A stretch of 64,000 nt of DNA, from assembly GCA_951406725.2 (NCBI GenBank), contig OX597826.1:33852001-33916000 (forward strand), in the 5' to 3' direction. The position numbers were made by a program, and so were the translations under genes. The notes below the pieces were generated by a model, which was not told the origin of the DNA, made no database searches, and saw nothing but the letters and a program-made list of their open reading frames with translations. Numbering within the stretch: position 1 is the stretch's first letter; every line of letters begins with the position of its first letter. This document shows, in pieces, positions 41,819 to 55,799 of the stretch. This DNA is from Octopus vulgaris (lineage: Eukaryota).

Positions 41819-42009
41819 GTATATGTTTGTGTGTCTGTGTTTGTGCCCCACCATCGCTTCACAACCGATGTTGGTGTGTTTACGTCCCCGTAAAATTGGC
41901 GGCTAGGCAAAAGAGACCGATAGAATAAGTACTAGTCCTGGGATCGACTTGTTCGACTAAAGGCGGTGCTCCAGCACTGCCGCAGCCAAATGACTGAAAC
42001 AAGTAAAAA

Positions 42010-42076
<67 letters not shown>

Positions 42077-42151
42077 GGGTCGTTTGTAGCAATACATAAA
42101 TCCAGAGGAGAAGCACACCCTAAGATGTAAAGTTGTACCTATTACAGTTGA

Positions 42152-42337
42152 GTAGACCGGTTTATGGGGTTAGCCTGTGTTTCTCGCTCATAAGAGGTTT
42201 GGCCTTATGGCGTATCTTCAGATCTTAATCGCTGCTGAAGAGGTCTCTGACCAGCAGTGTTTGGGGTTTGAAGATACGCCGTAAGGCTAAACCCCTTATG
42301 AGCGAGAAACCCAGAGCAACCCCATATACCGGCCTAC
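42152..42337 (+). ncRNA. Long rod-like hairpin with partial hammerhead core at its apex
   Basis: ~85-bp stem, many mismatches being G-U on the plus strand; apex GCTG CTGAAGA GGTC TCT GACC AGCAG. Confidence 0.5.
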
Positions 42338-42783
42338 CCTACAATAATATATATATGTATATATATGTGTGTGTATGGATACACACATATATGCATACAT
42401 ATATTAATATCTATATATATGTACAAATACATACATACATACGTATGTATGTGTGAGTGTCCGTGTGAATGTATGTGTGTATGTGTTATGTATGATGCCT
42501 AAGCAATAAGAGTCAATATTAAACGTCTGTTCGACTGAAGAATTTTCAGCATTGCGCAGTTATCATAGAAAACACTTTCAGGATAAATTGCTCACCATTT
42601 CTTCGAAATAATCTGAAATGTGTCAAAATACTGATAAGTTTTATATGTGACAGCCGAATATTTAGTGCTATGTTCTATAATTATGTATCAATAGCGAATA
42701 AAAATGAAAGTTCTCTTGTGAAAGATATGGATATAGTAAGGATTAAATTGAAGAACGCCTGTCTTTCCTTGCTCTCCCTCTCA

Positions 42784-42824
<41 letters not shown>

Positions 42825-43130
42825 TCTCTAGTCTATCATTTGCTCCAATCCTTTCTTTCCCGCTCATATTATATCTCTTTGCTTTTAATTTCCTTCGATC
42901 TGTTTTTCTTAAAAACACCCCTCTTTCTACGAACTACGCCATTTTTTTCTGTATTTTCCACACATACCGTTTCATTGCTGTGTGTGTGTGTGTGCGCGTG
43001 TGTGTGGGTGTGTGTGTGTGCTTGTGCATTCACTTATATGCAAATGCACTTATGTTTAATATTACAAATATACATTATACATAAAGATGTTTATATGCAT
43101 ATATCTATCTATCTATGTATATATATATAC

Positions 43131-43179
<49 letters not shown>

Positions 43180-43267
43180 TATGTATATCCATCTATCTAC
43201 TACTATATATGTGTGTATGTACGTATGTGCCTCTACATATGCGTTTCTCTCTCTATCTATATATATG

Positions 43268-43304
<37 letters not shown>

Positions 43305-43382
43305 TAATATATATATATATATGTATATATATATTTTAATATATATATTAATATATATATATATATATATATATTTATATTA

Positions 43383-43416
<34 letters not shown>

Positions 43417-44115
43417 AAATTTATATGTATATATGTATATACACACACACAGATACACATATATTTATTAGTATATTAGTATATGCGTGTGTGTGCGTGC
43501 ATGTGTGTATGTGCACGTATGTGTATGCGTGTGTGTGTCTGTATGGCTATGTGTATGCAGTTATTCATAATTTCAGGCTAACGTATCTCTTTCTACACGC
43601 ATGTGTATGTGGGCCTATGTGTTAGTATGCACATGCCCATGCATGTGTGCATGTATCTAAGACGATATTCCAAGGTTTAATCAAAGAAGATGGTACTCAA
43701 TAACCGTGAAAGAGTTTCTAATTATTTATTAATATATTGGAACTTAAAATTTCACTGCTTCATTACTGAGTTTCATGTCGTCTGATGATTACCTTGCGCT
43801 GACATGAAACCCCATTAATGAAGCTGTGAAATTTTATATCGAAATACACCCACCCAACCACACACACACACCTTCGCACATATATGTATATCGATATAGA
43901 TATGTATAAATAGGTGTGTGTGCGCGTGTGCATGTGTATATGTAAACACGAACGCGTACATGTATACATATCTATATTTACATATACGTATGTGTGTATT
44001 AAATTGATATTCAGGGCAAGCGAGTAAGTACATGATATATATATATATACATATACATATATATGTATATACATATATATGTGTATGTGTGTGTGTGTAT
44101 TAATAAATTAATATA

Positions 44116-44176
<61 letters not shown>

Positions 44177-44214
44177 GTGTATATATATGTGTGTGTGTAT
44201 GTAGAGATAGATAA

Positions 44215-44270
<56 letters not shown>

Positions 44271-44296
44271 ACAGACAGACAGACAGACAGACAGAC

Positions 44297-44357
<61 letters not shown>

Positions 44358-44368
44358 GATATATAGGC

Positions 44369-44423
<55 letters not shown>

Positions 44424-45422
44424 CAGATAGATAGATAGACAGAGAGATATAGATGGATAGGTGTTCATGCATATGCAAAAGGCATGTGTGTATATGGCAT
44501 GAATATGTTTGGAGATTTATATTTAAATATTCCTTTTGTGTACGAGCGTACAGTACTTTAGGTGCAAATAGGACTTTCCATGCACATGTACTAACGAACG
44601 TATGTATATATGTATATGTACCTATATATGTATGCATATATGTATGTGTCTGCAAGTACGTGTACATACATACGTACTTACATAAATGCAAACACATCTA
44701 ACAATGCGTAAGTACACTTATATACACACAAATGCACTCGCACATAGCTGCACAGTTGGTTGCATACAAAAATAATTTATCTCGTATATCTATATATATG
44801 CATGTTTCCAGAATATGAATGCGGTTACCTCTTACATGCGATGGTTTCTTCAAACATTAGCTTAAAATTACAACATATACAAAATATCGGTGTTTCATCC
44901 AAGCTAAAACAATCAGTAATAGCATAACAGAATATCTGCAAGCAATTATCTAAGTAATTGTTTGGAGTATGGCATACGGAAGCTAGATCTACAATTCTCA
45001 TTCATAGCAAGGTACTGTGTTTATATTTTGGGAGGGTCACTATGCCAATAATGAACCCACGCCCTGGTTCTGTTTCACTGCTTTTAGTATTTATTTGTTA
45101 ATAGGTCAGTTATTTGACTAATTAACTCATGAACAGTTTGGTTAATCGCTCGGCTAATCAATCAATCATTTATGTTATATTTCTTGTATGTTTTATCGTT
45201 TGTCATCTTCTTTCAGTCATTCAACTACTGCTATGCTATCATGCCGCCTTGAATGGTTTGGTCAGATAAATCGATGTTAACATTTATTTTTTAAAGTGTC
45301 GTACTTTGTCTTTGGGGCTCTTTTGTGGAACCATTATTTATGGGGATATAGGCAAACCAACACCAATTGTCAAGCATGGGGTAGTAAATACAAACACACA
45401 CACGAATATATATATATATATA

Positions 45423-45807
45423 CTAGCAGTATCGCCCGGCGTTGCTCGGGTTTGTAAGGGAAATAACTATATAAGCATTTTTAGAGAGTTATAGCCAAAA
45501 ACTGCATTAAAAATGGAAAAAAATGATGGTAATTTTTTTTTAAATCATTGACTCATCGTAGACAGTTTTAGAGAGTTACTTCCCTTATATAATAGCGAAA
45601 AAATGCATTAAAATGGAAAAAAATGATGGTAAATTTTTTTTTAAATCGTAGACTCATCGTAGACGCGCGCTAATACCCAGAAGGGCTCGACATGAATCAC
45701 GACTATAAGATACCCGGTTTTGGTTAAACTGCACCGCAAAATGTGGGAGTAGTTAGGAATCTAAATCGTAGGAGACAGACACACAACCTCTGTTTTATAT
45801 ATAAAGA
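45423..45807 (-). mobile_element. Non-autonomous Helitron-like element (same family as 9721-10115)
   Basis: Minus A|TCTTTATATATAAAA ... CCCGAGCAACGCCGGGCGATACTGCTAG|T; internal ~90-bp module duplicated. Confidence 0.8.
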
Positions 45808-45910
45808 TATATAATATATATACGTTTATATATATATATATATATGTGTGTATATTAAATATATGTATTTATGTGCATATATATATATGTATATATATTG
45901 AATGTATGTA

Positions 45911-45946
<36 letters not shown>

Positions 45947-45947
<1 letters not shown>

Positions 45948-46161
45948 CAGCTGTAGAAATGAGTTGCGACGTCACTGGTGCCAAGTTGTATCGACCTTTG
46001 TCTTTCCCTTGGATAACACTGGTGGCGTGGAGAGGGGAGGCTGGTATGCATGGGCGACTGCTGGTCTTCCATAAACAACCTTGCCCGGACTTGTGTCTAG
46101 GAGAGTAACTTTCTAGGTGCAATCCCATGGTCATTCATGACCGAAGGGGGTCTTTACCTTT
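45947..46161 (+). mobile_element. 5'-truncated SINE family C copy in (AT)n
   Basis: Near-identical to 14319-14524. Confidence 0.85.
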
Positions 46162-46509
46162 ATATATATATATATATATATACACATGCATATATGGGTA
46201 CAGGACGTTACCAACGGTGCAAATAACATGAACTACATAAAGAACGAGAAAACATGGAAAACAGGACAAGTAAACACAGAGAGAGGACCCTTCATCAGTT
46301 GTCGGCTGTCTATCTACTCCTCGAGCCACCCGCAGATTCCTCTACCAAATTCTCTCATTCTCTCCCATCGAATTAGCCGACCCGTCCAAAATGCCACATA
46401 TTGGGACTGAATCAAAATCTGCCGGGTTTGCAAATCACATACCCTTTCTTATTTTCGAGCCAGACCTACTCTCAGTTGCCGATGACATTTACAATTGAGT
46501 TAGTTTTGC

Positions 46510-47411
46510 TGAACCGTTAGCATCCCGGACAAAAGGCTTTGCGTCATTTCGTTCGTCTTTATGTTCCGAGTCCATATGCTACAGAGCTTGACTTTGCCTT
46601 ATATTTTTTCCAGGACGCTGAAATAGGTACCAGTCATATACTGGAGTCGATGTAATCGACCAGCCACCTTCCCCGCAATTTTCAAGCCGTGTGTCTATCG
46701 TAGGAAGGAGCATAATATATTAATCAATGACAGGGCAGCGAGTCGGCAGAATCGTTAGTACGCCGGACGAAATACTTAGCGGTGTTTCATCTGACGTTAC
46801 GTTCTGAGTTCAAATTCCGGCGAGGTTGACTTTGCCTTTTATCCTTTCGGGATCGATTAAATAAGTACCAGTTACGCACTGGGGTCGACGTAATCGACTT
46901 AATCCCTTTGCCCTTGCTTTAAAGAAATACATATCAATCAATGACCAATATTCACGTATGCTCAATGCCCAACTATTCCGTTTGAACTCAGAACGTAAAG
47001 GCGGACGAAATACCCATTTCTTTACTACCCACAAGGGGCTAAACACTGAGGGGACGAAAAAGGACAGACAAACGGATTAAGTTGATTATATCGACTCCAG
47101 TGCGTAACTGGTACTTATTTAATCGACCTCGAAAGGATGAAAGGCAAAGTCAACCTTGGCGGAATTTGACCGCAGAATGTAACGGCAGACGAAATACCTA
47201 TTTCTTTACTACCCACAAGGGGCTAAACACAGAGAGGACAGACAAGGAGATTAAGTCGATTACATCGACCCCAGTGCGTAACTGGTACTTAATTTATCGA
47301 CCCCGAAAGGATGAAAGGCAAAGTCGACTTCGGCGGAATTTGAACTCAGAACGTAATACCGCTCAGCATTTCATCCGGCGTGCTAACGATTCTGCCAGCT
47401 CGCCGCCTTAA
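46510..47411. mobile_element. SINE family B cluster (two plus copies, then a minus tandem array 46981-47411)
   Basis: Family B conserved blocks; other copies at 26764-26975, 53104-53320, 55072-55270, 62206-62402, 63297-63447 and 63805-64000. Confidence 0.8.
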
Positions 47412-47967
47412 TCGTTACTTGCGTGAATACCAATTAAGCTAACAAAAATCAACTTGGAAATGCTTCCAATTATATTGCATGAAGGTAAAAAGCCCAATAT
47501 ATTCATATATCGGAGCATCGAAGCTAACACCTACATAACACACAAATCCACAAGTAATAACACATTTCCATTCACTTCTACCATTTATATATGCTCGTAT
47601 ATGCATACATGCGTGTATATACAGGAATATAAATGAGGGTGATTGTTAACAAAAAATTCCATAGCCAATAGGAGGGCGCATATGTGGCCACTCGATCTGC
47701 TGGAAACAACAGCAAATTCTGTATCAAATTGTATTGTACTTTCTTGACAACGAATATGTTTGCTAATGTGGTCCGTGGTTCATTGTGTACAGGAAAAAGA
47801 AGAGATGGCCATGCCTGGAATCTAACTGATATTCTACTTGATTTGTGGTTATTCAATAAGTATTTAGATATTTGCACGCACAAAAAGTGCATACATATAC
47901 ATACATATATATAAATATATATATATATGCATATATATATAAATATGTATATATACATATATATATA

Positions 47968-48020
<53 letters not shown>

Positions 48021-48022
<2 letters not shown>

Positions 48023-49586
48023 CAACAATTGAGGGTAAAATTAATTAATTAATCAATTTCACCAAGTATTCAGTATGCAAAGGGACCATTTAAGGCGAAT
48101 TCAAATTATTACATTATATAAAAGGGCTTAGTAAAATAAATTACTTTGCCGCATACTGAACTCATTAGAAATAGCAGCTAAAAAAAACTTTTTTAAAACT
48201 ATTTCCAATACTTAAAGAAAATCTCTCTCATATAGTGTTTGCTCAATTCAACTCACAAAAGTATGGGGATAGAGACATTAAAAAATCAAATGCAAAGGTT
48301 ATTTGAGAACGTACGTTTCAAGATTAGTCAAACTCGACACTTCTATCATCAGCTCAGAACTCCCTGGTTTGGATTTGAAAACACTGAAAGTGGGAGCATA
48401 CCTTTTCGGCTTCAATCGCTTCTGAAGACCTGCTCGAAACTAACAGTGCCAGCAAATTCAAATATGTAAGCGAAGAATTTCTGCTCTCCCCTTTCCACCA
48501 GCGTGGGTTAAAATCAGTAAACACTGTGCTTTTTTCGGTAAAATCCGAGGCATTAAATAGAGAGAGATGAATTATAATTTCAACAATTGAGGGTAAAATT
48601 AATTAATTAATCAATTTCACCAAGTATTCAGTATGCAAAGGGACCATTTAAGGCGAATTCAAATTATTACATTATATAAAAGGGCTTAGTAAAATAAATT
48701 ACTTTGCCGCATACTGAACTCATTAGAAATAGCAGCTAAAAAAACTTTTTTTAAACTATTTCCAATACTTAAAGTATTCTGGGAGTTCTGAGCTGATGAT
48801 AGAAGTGTCGAGTTTGACTAATCTTGAAACGTACGTTCTCAAATAACCTTTGCATTTGATTTTTTAATGTCTCTATCCCCATACTTTTGTGAGTTGAATT
48901 GAGCAAACACTATATGAGAGAGATTTTCTTTAAGTATTGGAAATAGTTTTAAAAAAGTTTTTTAGCTGCTATTTCTAATGAGTTCAGTATGCGGCAAAGT
49001 AATTTATTTTACTAAGCCCTTTTATATAATGTAATAATTTGAATTCGCCTTAAATGGTCCCTTTGCATACTGAATACTTGGTGAAATTGATTAATTAATT
49101 AATTTTACCCTCAATTGTTGAAATTATAATTCATCTCTCTCTATTTAATGCCTCGGATTTTACCGAAAAAAGCACAGTGTTTACTGATTTTAACCCACGC
49201 TGGTGGAAAGGGGAGAGCAGAAACTCTTCGCTTACATATTTGAATTTGCTGGCACTGTTAGTTTCGAGCAGGTCTTCAGAAGCGATTGAAGCCGAAAAGG
49301 TATGCTCCCACTTTCAGTGTTTTCAAATCCAAACCAGGGAGTTCTGAGCTGATGATAGAAGTGTCGAGTTTGACTAATCTTGAAACGTACGTTCTCAAAT
49401 AACCTTTGCATTTGATTTTTTAATGTCTCTACCCCCATACTTTTGTGAGTTGAATTGAGCAAACACTATATGAGAGAGATTTTCTTTAAGTATTGGAAAT
49501 AGTTTTAAAAAAGTTTTTTTAGCTGCTATTTCTAATGAGTTCAGTATGCGGCAAAGTAATTTATTTTACTAAGCCCTTTTATATAA
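48021..49586. mobile_element. Head-to-tail plus inverted array of a ~557-bp HHR-bearing unit (Penelope-like / retrozyme-like) in (AT)n
   Basis: Unit 48021-48578 restarts at 48579 and runs to 48774; from 48781 the sequence is its reverse complement, again running through the head-tail junction near 49123; copies differ only at a few positions. Confidence 0.85.
48789..48841 (+). ncRNA. Minimal type I hammerhead motif (also 49345-49397 plus and 48304-48356 minus)
   Basis: TGAG CTGATGA [TAGAAGTGTCGAGTTTGACTAATCTT] GAAA C GTAC G TT| CTCA; palindromic ACGTACGT stem III, GUU triplet; stem II closes U-U rather than G-C. Confidence 0.65.
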
Positions 49587-49611
49587 TATATATATATATA
49601 TATATTGTATG

Positions 49612-49664
<53 letters not shown>

Positions 49665-50126
49665 GTATATATGTATGTATGTATATATATATATATGTTT
49701 GAATGTATATACATATATAGATATATACTTGTATATATATAAATGTATATATGTATAAATATATGAGTTTGTATGTATACGCACACACACATAAATATAT
49801 ATATATATATATGCATTCATGAATGCATATGCAAGTAATATATATGCGGTTGTGCGTTTCATATGAATATATGCATCCCAAAACAGTGACCTCAGGCAGA
49901 CGTCTATATATATACTTTCAAGATTACCATCAGCACGTATGTAGATCTTACACACACTCCCTCGCATATATATATACATCAATAGACACGAGACAAGCAA
50001 CAAATATGCATACACACATATATGCATGCATACACACACACGCGCGAGCATACATTTATACGAGTGTGAGTCAGAGAGTGGTGGTGCAATTTTTATTTGC
50101 ATTACTTTTTAACTCAGTCTTATACA

Positions 50127-50159
<33 letters not shown>

Positions 50160-50272
50160 ATATACGTACATACATATATTTATACATACATATATAGATA
50201 GATACATACATACATACACACATATATATACATATATGTATGTATATATATAATTATAAATATATATATATG

Positions 50273-50304
<32 letters not shown>

Positions 50305-50361
50305 ATTAAGCATATGTAGTATGTATGTATGTATGTATCTATCTATATATGTATCTATCTG

Positions 50362-50403
<42 letters not shown>

Positions 50404-50967
50404 TAGATATATAGATAGATATATATATATACACATACATACATATATCGGGAGTAAATTGAAATAGCAATATTAACATGAAAATACCATTAGCAAAGGT
50501 TTGCCTGCCAAAAAGAAGGTTAGCAGAGCACAGAGAGAAAATATGGGACTCACAATTGTGGGTAGGTGTGAAACAATAACAGTATCAAGCAGGGGTGGAG
50601 AGTGTAACTATTGATTAGAGAAGCAGATAACGGTAGAGAGAGGGGGAGAGATGCGGGAAGAGCTGAAAGGGGGAGTGTTCTCTACCGTTAATTCATATTT
50701 ATATTAATCTAAAAGTAGATGATTTAGTTTCTTACATATTTGTTTTCATTAGCTTATTTCTGTTTTTTTTTCTTTTTAGATTTATATATTTCCCCCAGTC
50801 ATCGTTGTCGTCGTCGTCGTCCTCCCCCTCCTCTTCGTCACCACTATCTGAGTATTTCTAATGTTCAATCAAGATAAAGGAAGAAAAAATTAGGAACATT
50901 TGCATTGTTTTCCTCTGTGTATATGTATGTGTGTGTGTAAGCGTGCGTGTCTGTATAAGTGCATGAG

Positions 50968-51023
<56 letters not shown>

Positions 51024-52505
51024 TACAAATTTACACACATATGCACACAAACATATGTATATATAAGCATAGGCATACATATTAAAAATATATGTGTGTA
51101 TATATGCATACATACATACATACATATATACATATATATAGGTGAAGAAAAGCGAGTGATTGATCTATAAATATACATATGTACGTATATGTATATATTT
51201 GCATATATATTGTATATGCGAATATATGTATGCATATATACATATATATGCTTATTTATATATGTTAACATAGGTTCATATGTGTGTGTGTGTGTGTGTG
51301 TGTGTACACACTCAAGCATTCACATATACATATGTTTATGTGTGGGTGTACATATAGTAATTATATGAATAAATAAATTGGTGAATTATACTGTGAATCG
51401 TTTCCGTGCAAAGCAGATTAATAAGAAAGCCCAATAATTGAGAAAATATATAAAATACAGAGGGATAATATTTACAGAGCTATATAGATGCAACGAAAAC
51501 GAAAAGGCACTTGAAAATAAAGCCAAAGACGCATATTGATATAAAAATATCGTAATTACTATAACAGCTCCTAATTATCTAAACTAGTTTCCACACATTT
51601 TCTGGTGACACAGTAACACTCTCAAGTTTGGGTATAAATTTGTTAGCGATGTTTTTTTTCAGAATTGTTGAGTTTGTTGGCAAATGATTGTTTGGCTTAT
51701 ACTAGGTATGAAACTCCGATTTACAACGCATTATAAATAACGTGTGTGTGTGTGTGTGTGTTATTGTATATATATATATATATATATATAAGTATACATT
51801 GGTAAAACAACGGAATAGTTTACATTGGTATAACAACAAGTCGGTTTAAAGTTAGTAATAGTCAGCATAAATATACATTTAGAACACAACATCACAGCGA
51901 AGATTGGATAATATTTCAACGGTGCACATATGGCATTGGAAAATCAATAAGTTAAATCAAAACTATCAGTCTGCTGCTTTATTTAAGAAAATAGAAATCA
52001 TAATCTGTTGCTTAAAAGTACACTCGCAAATTATTCATGTTGAAACAATAACAAGACACGTATTAATCATGTAATGTTAGTTTTTTCTTCCAGATACATG
52101 ACAGAAAATATTATTTATAATAAAATATCCATTAATACGATAGGAAAATATGAAATCCTAAAATATAAACGACATATATTTTAATTCATAAATTTTACCT
52201 TTTCCGTTTCCTTGACGACTGTTTATAATAGATTTCATGTGATTTCCCCTTAGCTTGGCTTTGTGGTTATGAAGCTAGGCGCAGGCATGAGTGGGTGGTT
52301 AACAAGTGCGTGCTTTTAGGGTTAGTCGTAGGTATTTATAAATGCGAGTGTGTGTGTGTATTTATGTGTGTACCTTTGTCTTTGTCCCCCACCCACCATC
52401 GCTTGGTTTGTTTACGTTCATGTAACTAAGCTGTTTGGCAAATAAAACTGATAAAATTAGTAACATTTTTTTTTTTCACAAACAGAAATATTGTAGTAGT
52501 AGTAG

Positions 52506-52808
52506 TCTGTTGTGTCATGGGAGAGTCATTTTCTTTTTGTGTCTTATAATGTAACACACTCACCGGTAAAATTTCCACTTATTTTTATTTTCTTAAAATC
52601 TTCGTTACGTCTTGCAACCTTTTCAATAGTCTGCAAGACGCAACGAAGATTTTAGGAAAATAAAAATAAGAAATAAGTGGAAATTTTACCGATGAGTGTG
52701 TTACATTATAAGGCACAAAAAGAAAATGACTCTCCCCAGACACAGCAGAATATGCTTCAACACACGAACTCATATAAAGAATCTTGCAAGCCAAATCCGA
52801 AAACGAAA
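52506..52808. mobile_element. Fold-back copy of HHR family U inserted in a decayed SINE A
   Basis: Arms 52506-52616 / 52632-52749; TGTAGTAGTAGT on both flanks (TSD-like). Confidence 0.75.
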
Positions 52809-53564
52809 TGTAGTAGTAGTGTTATAATATCCCTTCAAGGCCGTGACCCAGCATGGCCGCAATCCTCTGACTGAAACAAGTACAAGGTAATCTCAAAGAT
52901 AACAAATATAATTAGATTTGGTTTAATTTTCTTCTCACATTGTCTTCGTTATACGATTTTTTTTTTGTTTTTTGAGGAGTGGTGTTGGGTAAATATTTGC
53001 ATATTGATTATCAATAAACTACTTGAAATGAACCATATGAATATTCAGTGCTTTTCAAAAGGTCTTTCCAGTTTAAGAGACATTTAGTACGAACGAGATC
53101 GTTAAAGCGGCAAGCTGGCGGAATAGTTAGCATGTTGAGCGAAATCCTTTACGGCATTTCTTCCAGTTTTACTTTGTGTGCCAAGTTCAAATCCTACTTA
53201 GATGTATTTTGTCTCTTATTCATTCGGGCTCGATAGAATAAAGTACAAGTCCAATTCTGTAATCGACTAATTTCTTCCCATTAAAATTGCTGATCTTGTG
53301 CCAAAATTTGAAACCATTATTGATCAGTAACAAAAGACTAAATGGCACTGGAATCTAGAAGTATTTTAGTGCTTGTATCAATTTGTCTTGAGAATGCGAG
53401 TTCAGCTTTCAATCTAATAGGGAGCAAGAAAATATTCTGTTTTAAACACCAAATTTGTAGAAAATTATTCTAAGATTTCGTTGAATGAAAGTTCCTCGTG
53501 GGCCTGGAAAAGGCAACAGGCCATAATTCAGAAATAGTTCGAGCACTATTACACTTAGAAAATT

Positions 53565-53734
53565 ACTTACATTATTTACATTTGACAGATATTTGTCCTC
53601 TTCTTGTTTGTTGTTAACACAACGTTTCGGCTGATATACCTTCCAGCCTTCATCAGGTTTCTTGGGGAAATTTTGAACCTAGGTTCTCATTCCTAATGTA
53701 CTTTTCGATGTTGTTGCTGTTGTTATTATTGTCA

Positions 53735-53790
<56 letters not shown>

Positions 53791-53855
53791 TCAATGCCTG
53801 GAATCGAACTTGGAATCTTGGGGTTAGTAGCCCGCGCTCTTAACAACTACGCCAA
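53565..53855 (-). mobile_element. tRNA-headed SINE-like element with (AAT)n spacer and hammerhead motif (53616-53661)
   Basis: Minus: TGGCGTAGTTGTTAAGAGC...AGTTCGATTCC, (AAT)n, then GAAAC CTGATGA A GGCTG GAAGGTATAT CAGCC GAAA CGTT GTGTT. Confidence 0.7.
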
Positions 53856-53886
53856 ATCTTACAACGAGAGATATTCAGCAACAGTA

Positions 53887-54174
53887 TTATGGAGTAAAGA
53901 TTGTTTGCCAGCATAACATAGCATTTCAGGTTTAGGACGAATATTGCTGTAATTTAGCCCTAGGAGACATCATCTCCAGCGGGCTATACGGCATGATCTG
54001 TGTCGCTATAGTTTCGAACAAGGGTGGGTACTAGATTCCCTTGTTCGAAAATGTAAGGACACAGATCGTGTCGTACAGTCAGCTGGAGACGATGTCTCCT
54101 GGGGCTAAATTACAGCAACATTCATCCTAAACCAGGACTACCATGTCATGTTGGCAAACAATCTTTACTCCATT
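53887..54174. mobile_element. Palindromic MITE/foldback, ~138-bp diverged arms
   Basis: ATGGAGTAAAGATTGTTTGCC...TTTCGAACAAGGG / CCCTTGTTCGAAA...GGCAAACAATCTTTACTCCAT with a 13-bp spacer. Confidence 0.75.
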
Positions 54175-55799
54175 ATTGCACTTATTCTTGGATAACTATA
54201 TTTCAATCTCTCTATAACACCTTTGATGGTGTGAAATAGTGTAGGGAAGGAAATAAGATAAATAGATAATTTTAGAAATCTGTCGATTTACATCTTTCTA
54301 AGAAATCATTATTATATAATTGTATAGTCGTAAGAAATCCAATTTTACATTTAGAATCGTGCATCTTTGATTGAATATATATACTCCTATAATAGGATAC
54401 AGTCTTTTTCTACTTGAATTAGGAATAATCAAAGAACTGGTAATATTATTTGTACCGTTCTGAGATGTCTTAAAATTCCATAACAAAGTACGTTATGTTT
54501 TGAGCAGCAGAGAACAAGCTAACAAAAATATATATGCAAAGGAATAAATTGCGCAAATAAAGAAATAAAATTATCAAAATTACTTGTATCTTTGATGTTT
54601 GCTAACAGAGATGATTTGTTTCTCTTTTGAAATTTAATTATAAGTGATCAATAATTGATCTGATATTTACAATTCTGCTCTTCACAAGAAATTTATACTA
54701 ATATATATGTGCATACGTGCATACAAGCGCATACAAATACACACATACATACGTACATGCATATATATATATATATGTATGTATGTGTATATGTTTGTAT
54801 GCAAATAAAACTTAAAGACTATTTGAATATTCTAAGACATGTGTTCTAACAAAGCAATGTTCCTACGTGGAGAAATGATCATAGCATTAAATTAACACAT
54901 TATGGTATTTAGTCAAGTTATTTTACGCTTTGAGTTCAATTCTCTCCGAGGTTAAATTTTTCCACACCACTTCCCGGACAAAAAAAATTGAATACCAGTC
55001 AACTGCAGGGGTCGATTAAATTGACTATACTTTCCATCAACTTGTCTTTTGACAATATTTATTTTGTGTAAGACGGCGAGTTGGCAGAATCGTTAGCACG
55101 CCAGACAAAATGCTCAGCGCTATTTTGTCTGTCCTTACGGTCTGAATTCAAATTCTGTTGGGTTAATTTTTTTTCCGGGGTCGTTAAAATAAGTACCGGT
55201 GCTTCACGGGGGACTGATATAATCGACTTACTCATCCGAAATTGCTGGCCTTCTGCCAAAATTTGAAATCATTATTATTGGAATTACAAGTAATGCATGA
55301 GTCTTTTCTGAGATCGTAAGGTTCAGATAATTATATTAGATTACTCTTTGAAATGGTTAGAGCCTTGTTTTTCTTTTTGTTTTTCTACAGAGCGAACTGT
55401 TGTACTTTTAATCGACTGCAAATCACATCAGACAAAAATCTTCAAGCCACTTCTGTTGCCTATAAATGTAGTAAAAGTTCATTAAACAATGCGGACCTGG
55501 ACACACCATAAAACGGTCACAGATGGAATACATTTGGTTATTTCCCACTAAAGATTTCACAAAACTTAGAGGTCGTATGCAACAACCTTATAATCAGTTT
55601 TATGAAAAGCTTTTTATAAGATGTCTACGTCTGTGAGCCATCAGCCAAGACAGGTTCAACGAAAGAATGACAATTATTGATTTTAAAAGATGTGCTTGAA
55701 TCATCTGTCGAAATTTTGGCCGATTTATTGCAAGCTATGTTGTTGCCCTACGGGTGAGAAAATCGTTTTTGAGCACATCTCATATGAATCTAGGTATCT

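Noticed and set aside
46195-46325. Minus-strand CTGATGAAGGG in a repeat-like segment
   Set aside because: No matching GAAA/stem III downstream in this copy
48422-48455. CTGAAGA...GAAAC on the strand opposite the main HHR (would imply ambisense ribozymes)
   Set aside because: The intervening CCTGCTC cannot form stem II and there is no valid NUH/stem I
48239-48469. Duplicated 76-aa ORF in the 557-bp unit
   Set aside because: Antisense to the HHR, non-ATG start, no recognisable motif; repeated only because the unit is repeated
53887-54174. Structured RNA interpretation of the long inverted repeat
   Set aside because: Mismatches are transitions of both polarities, as expected for neutral decay of a DNA palindrome
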